From positions 1 through 15,922 of the IMG/VR virus record IMGVR_UViG_3300025360_000021: a DNA stretch of 15,922 bases; one strand, 5' to 3'. The notes beneath the pieces are model-generated. The model was not told where the DNA came from. It saw only the letters and a program-made list of their open reading frames with translations, and made no database searches. Both the position numbers and the translations under genes were made by a program. Of this stretch, positions 15,237 to 15,922 are shown piece by piece (position 1 is the stretch's first letter; every line of letters begins with the position of its first letter).

Positions 15237-15249
15237 ATTAAAAACAAAT
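15237..15249 (+). promoter_or_regulatory. Conserved upstream motif ATTAAAAACAAAT
   Basis: Exact copy; 26 nt to ATG 15276. Confidence 0.8.
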
Positions 15250-15275
15250 TATACATATCATTCTATCTAGGATGT

Positions 15276-15386
15276 ATGGGTAAGTCAGGACTACCTAAGG
15301 ATGGTAAGTCCAGGTTCGAAAAGTGGTTAGCAAAGTATGATCCAGAGGTGATAAGGAAACGTTTTGAGGAATCAATGCAGGGATAA
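15276..15386 (+). CDS. 36-aa mini-paralogue of the major capsid protein N-terminal DNA-binding arm
   Basis: MGKSGLPKDGKSRFEKWLAKYDPEVIRKRFEESMQG; 18/28 identical to capsid residues 6-33; has its own motif copy; absent from the supplied ORF track. Confidence 0.8.
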   Translation: MGKSGLPKDGKSRFEKWLAKYDPEVIRKRFEESMQG

Positions 15387-15392
15387 AGGATA

Positions 15393-15407
15393 GAAAGGTT
15401 TTTAATA
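15393..15407 (+). promoter_or_regulatory. Canonical BRE-TATA promoter
   Basis: GAAAGG-TTTTTAATA ending 23 nt before ATG 15431 (leaderless spacing). Confidence 0.65.
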
Positions 15408-15430
15408 CCTGGATTTCTATTTTTCATAGT

Positions 15431-15595
15431 ATGAACACCAGATGGCTAATGAAAAAGGCACTTGATTTAGTCCTATATGGTAGATCAGCTAGGGATGTAA
15501 AGACCAAAAACGATGCATTTGATGCCCTATGGGAAATACTAATAAACATGGAATACGAACTACGCAAGAAAAACCAAACAATAAGCCCTAACTAG
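15431..15595 (+). CDS. 54-aa helical hypothetical protein
   Basis: MNTRWLMKKALDLVLYGRSARDVKTKNDAFDALWEILINMEYELRKKNQTISPN; correctly spaced promoter; below the ORF-track cutoff. Confidence 0.65.
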   Translation: MNTRWLMKKALDLVLYGRSARDVKTKNDAFDALWEILINMEYELRKKNQTISPN

Positions 15596-15740
15596 GTTAG
15601 CATGATTGTTTGTTGTTTTTAAAGAGCATTTCTCTGTGGTATTATTTCTGTGATGTTTGTTTCCTTGCTGATTGGTGATGTGCCTGGTCATCGCTGACTC
15701 AGGCGTTAGGAATAAATCTCTGTGTTTCTTTGTTGTGTTT

Positions 15741-15920
15741 GTGAGTGGCAAAAAACTGATTGTTGTTGTGCCTGGGGATGCTGTTGTGAAAAAGCCTGGC
15801 TGTGTCTTTGGTGAGTCGTGGTGCGTCACAGTGACTTACACAACACACGGTCTTTGGCTTCAGCACCCAAGCTGTTACGTAAGCGGAACTTTTTCCAACA
15901 CGTTCGTGTTTCTCGAATGA
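15741..15920 (+). CDS. Possible small beta-rich, Cys-containing protein
   Basis: Open frame 15672-15920. GTG 15741 is 23 nt after a degenerate motif (GTTAGGAATAAAT, 15705-15717). Composition is atypical for the window. Confidence 0.35.
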   Translation: MSGKKLIVVVPGDAVVKKPGCVFGESWCVTVTYTTHGLWLQHPSCYVSGTFSNTFVFLE

Positions 15921-15922
15921 GG

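Larger units (their letters stand above)
1..15922. mobile_element. Segment of a rudivirus-like (Ligamenvirales) archaeal virus genome, structural/morphogenesis region
   Basis: SIRV-type major capsid protein directly followed by a GT4 glycosyltransferase, a second GT4, RHH regulators, a very large amphipathic-repeat protein, dense gene packing, archaeal BRE/TATA promoters and no cellular housekeeping genes. No integrase or att site seen. Confidence 0.88.

Noticed and set aside
3189-15249. CRISPR array or integron attC sites formed by the 13-bp motif
   Set aside because: Copies are too short, non-palindromic and separated by whole genes; no cas or integrase gene is visible.
15276-15595. Frameshifted or read-through second full-length capsid gene
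   Set aside because: No capsid similarity was found after the TAA at 15386, and the next ORF has its own promoter.
15560-15829. Minus-strand 89-aa ORF
   Set aside because: Thr/Asn/Lys/His-rich translation expected from the complement of a TG-rich tract; overlaps the 54-aa ORF.
1-15922. Apparent scarcity of CCGG/GGCC (restriction-site avoidance)
   Set aside because: Only an impression from reading; it needs a k-mer count against a Markov expectation, which could not be run.

Overview
The whole window reads as the virion-morphogenesis region of a linear dsDNA crenarchaeal virus related to the rudiviruses (Ligamenvirales/Tokiviricetes). It carries a SIRV-like major capsid protein (3636-4022), two GT-B/GT4 glycosyltransferases, two ribbon-helix-helix regulators, a co-oriented run of probable minor structural and terminal-fibre genes, and a ~1436-aa protein with tape-measure-like amphipathic repeats. 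No replication genes, RNA genes or CRISPR array were recognised. Notable features: (1) an unannotated 36-aa ORF (15276-15386) that is a stand-alone copy of the capsid protein's N-terminal DNA-binding arm, while a 419-aa protein appears to end in the complementary capsid-like helical bundle; (2) a 13-bp motif ATTAAAAACAAAT in 10 exact and 2 near copies, each about 21-29 nt upstream of a start codon; (3) a chymotrypsin-like serine protease, possibly permuted, inside the structural module; (4) two adjacent proteins sharing a duplicated Ser/Thr-rich C-terminal tag; (5) a 10-bp-period repeat array between divergent promoters upstream of the capsid gene. All homology calls come from motif recognition and recall, not from database searches.
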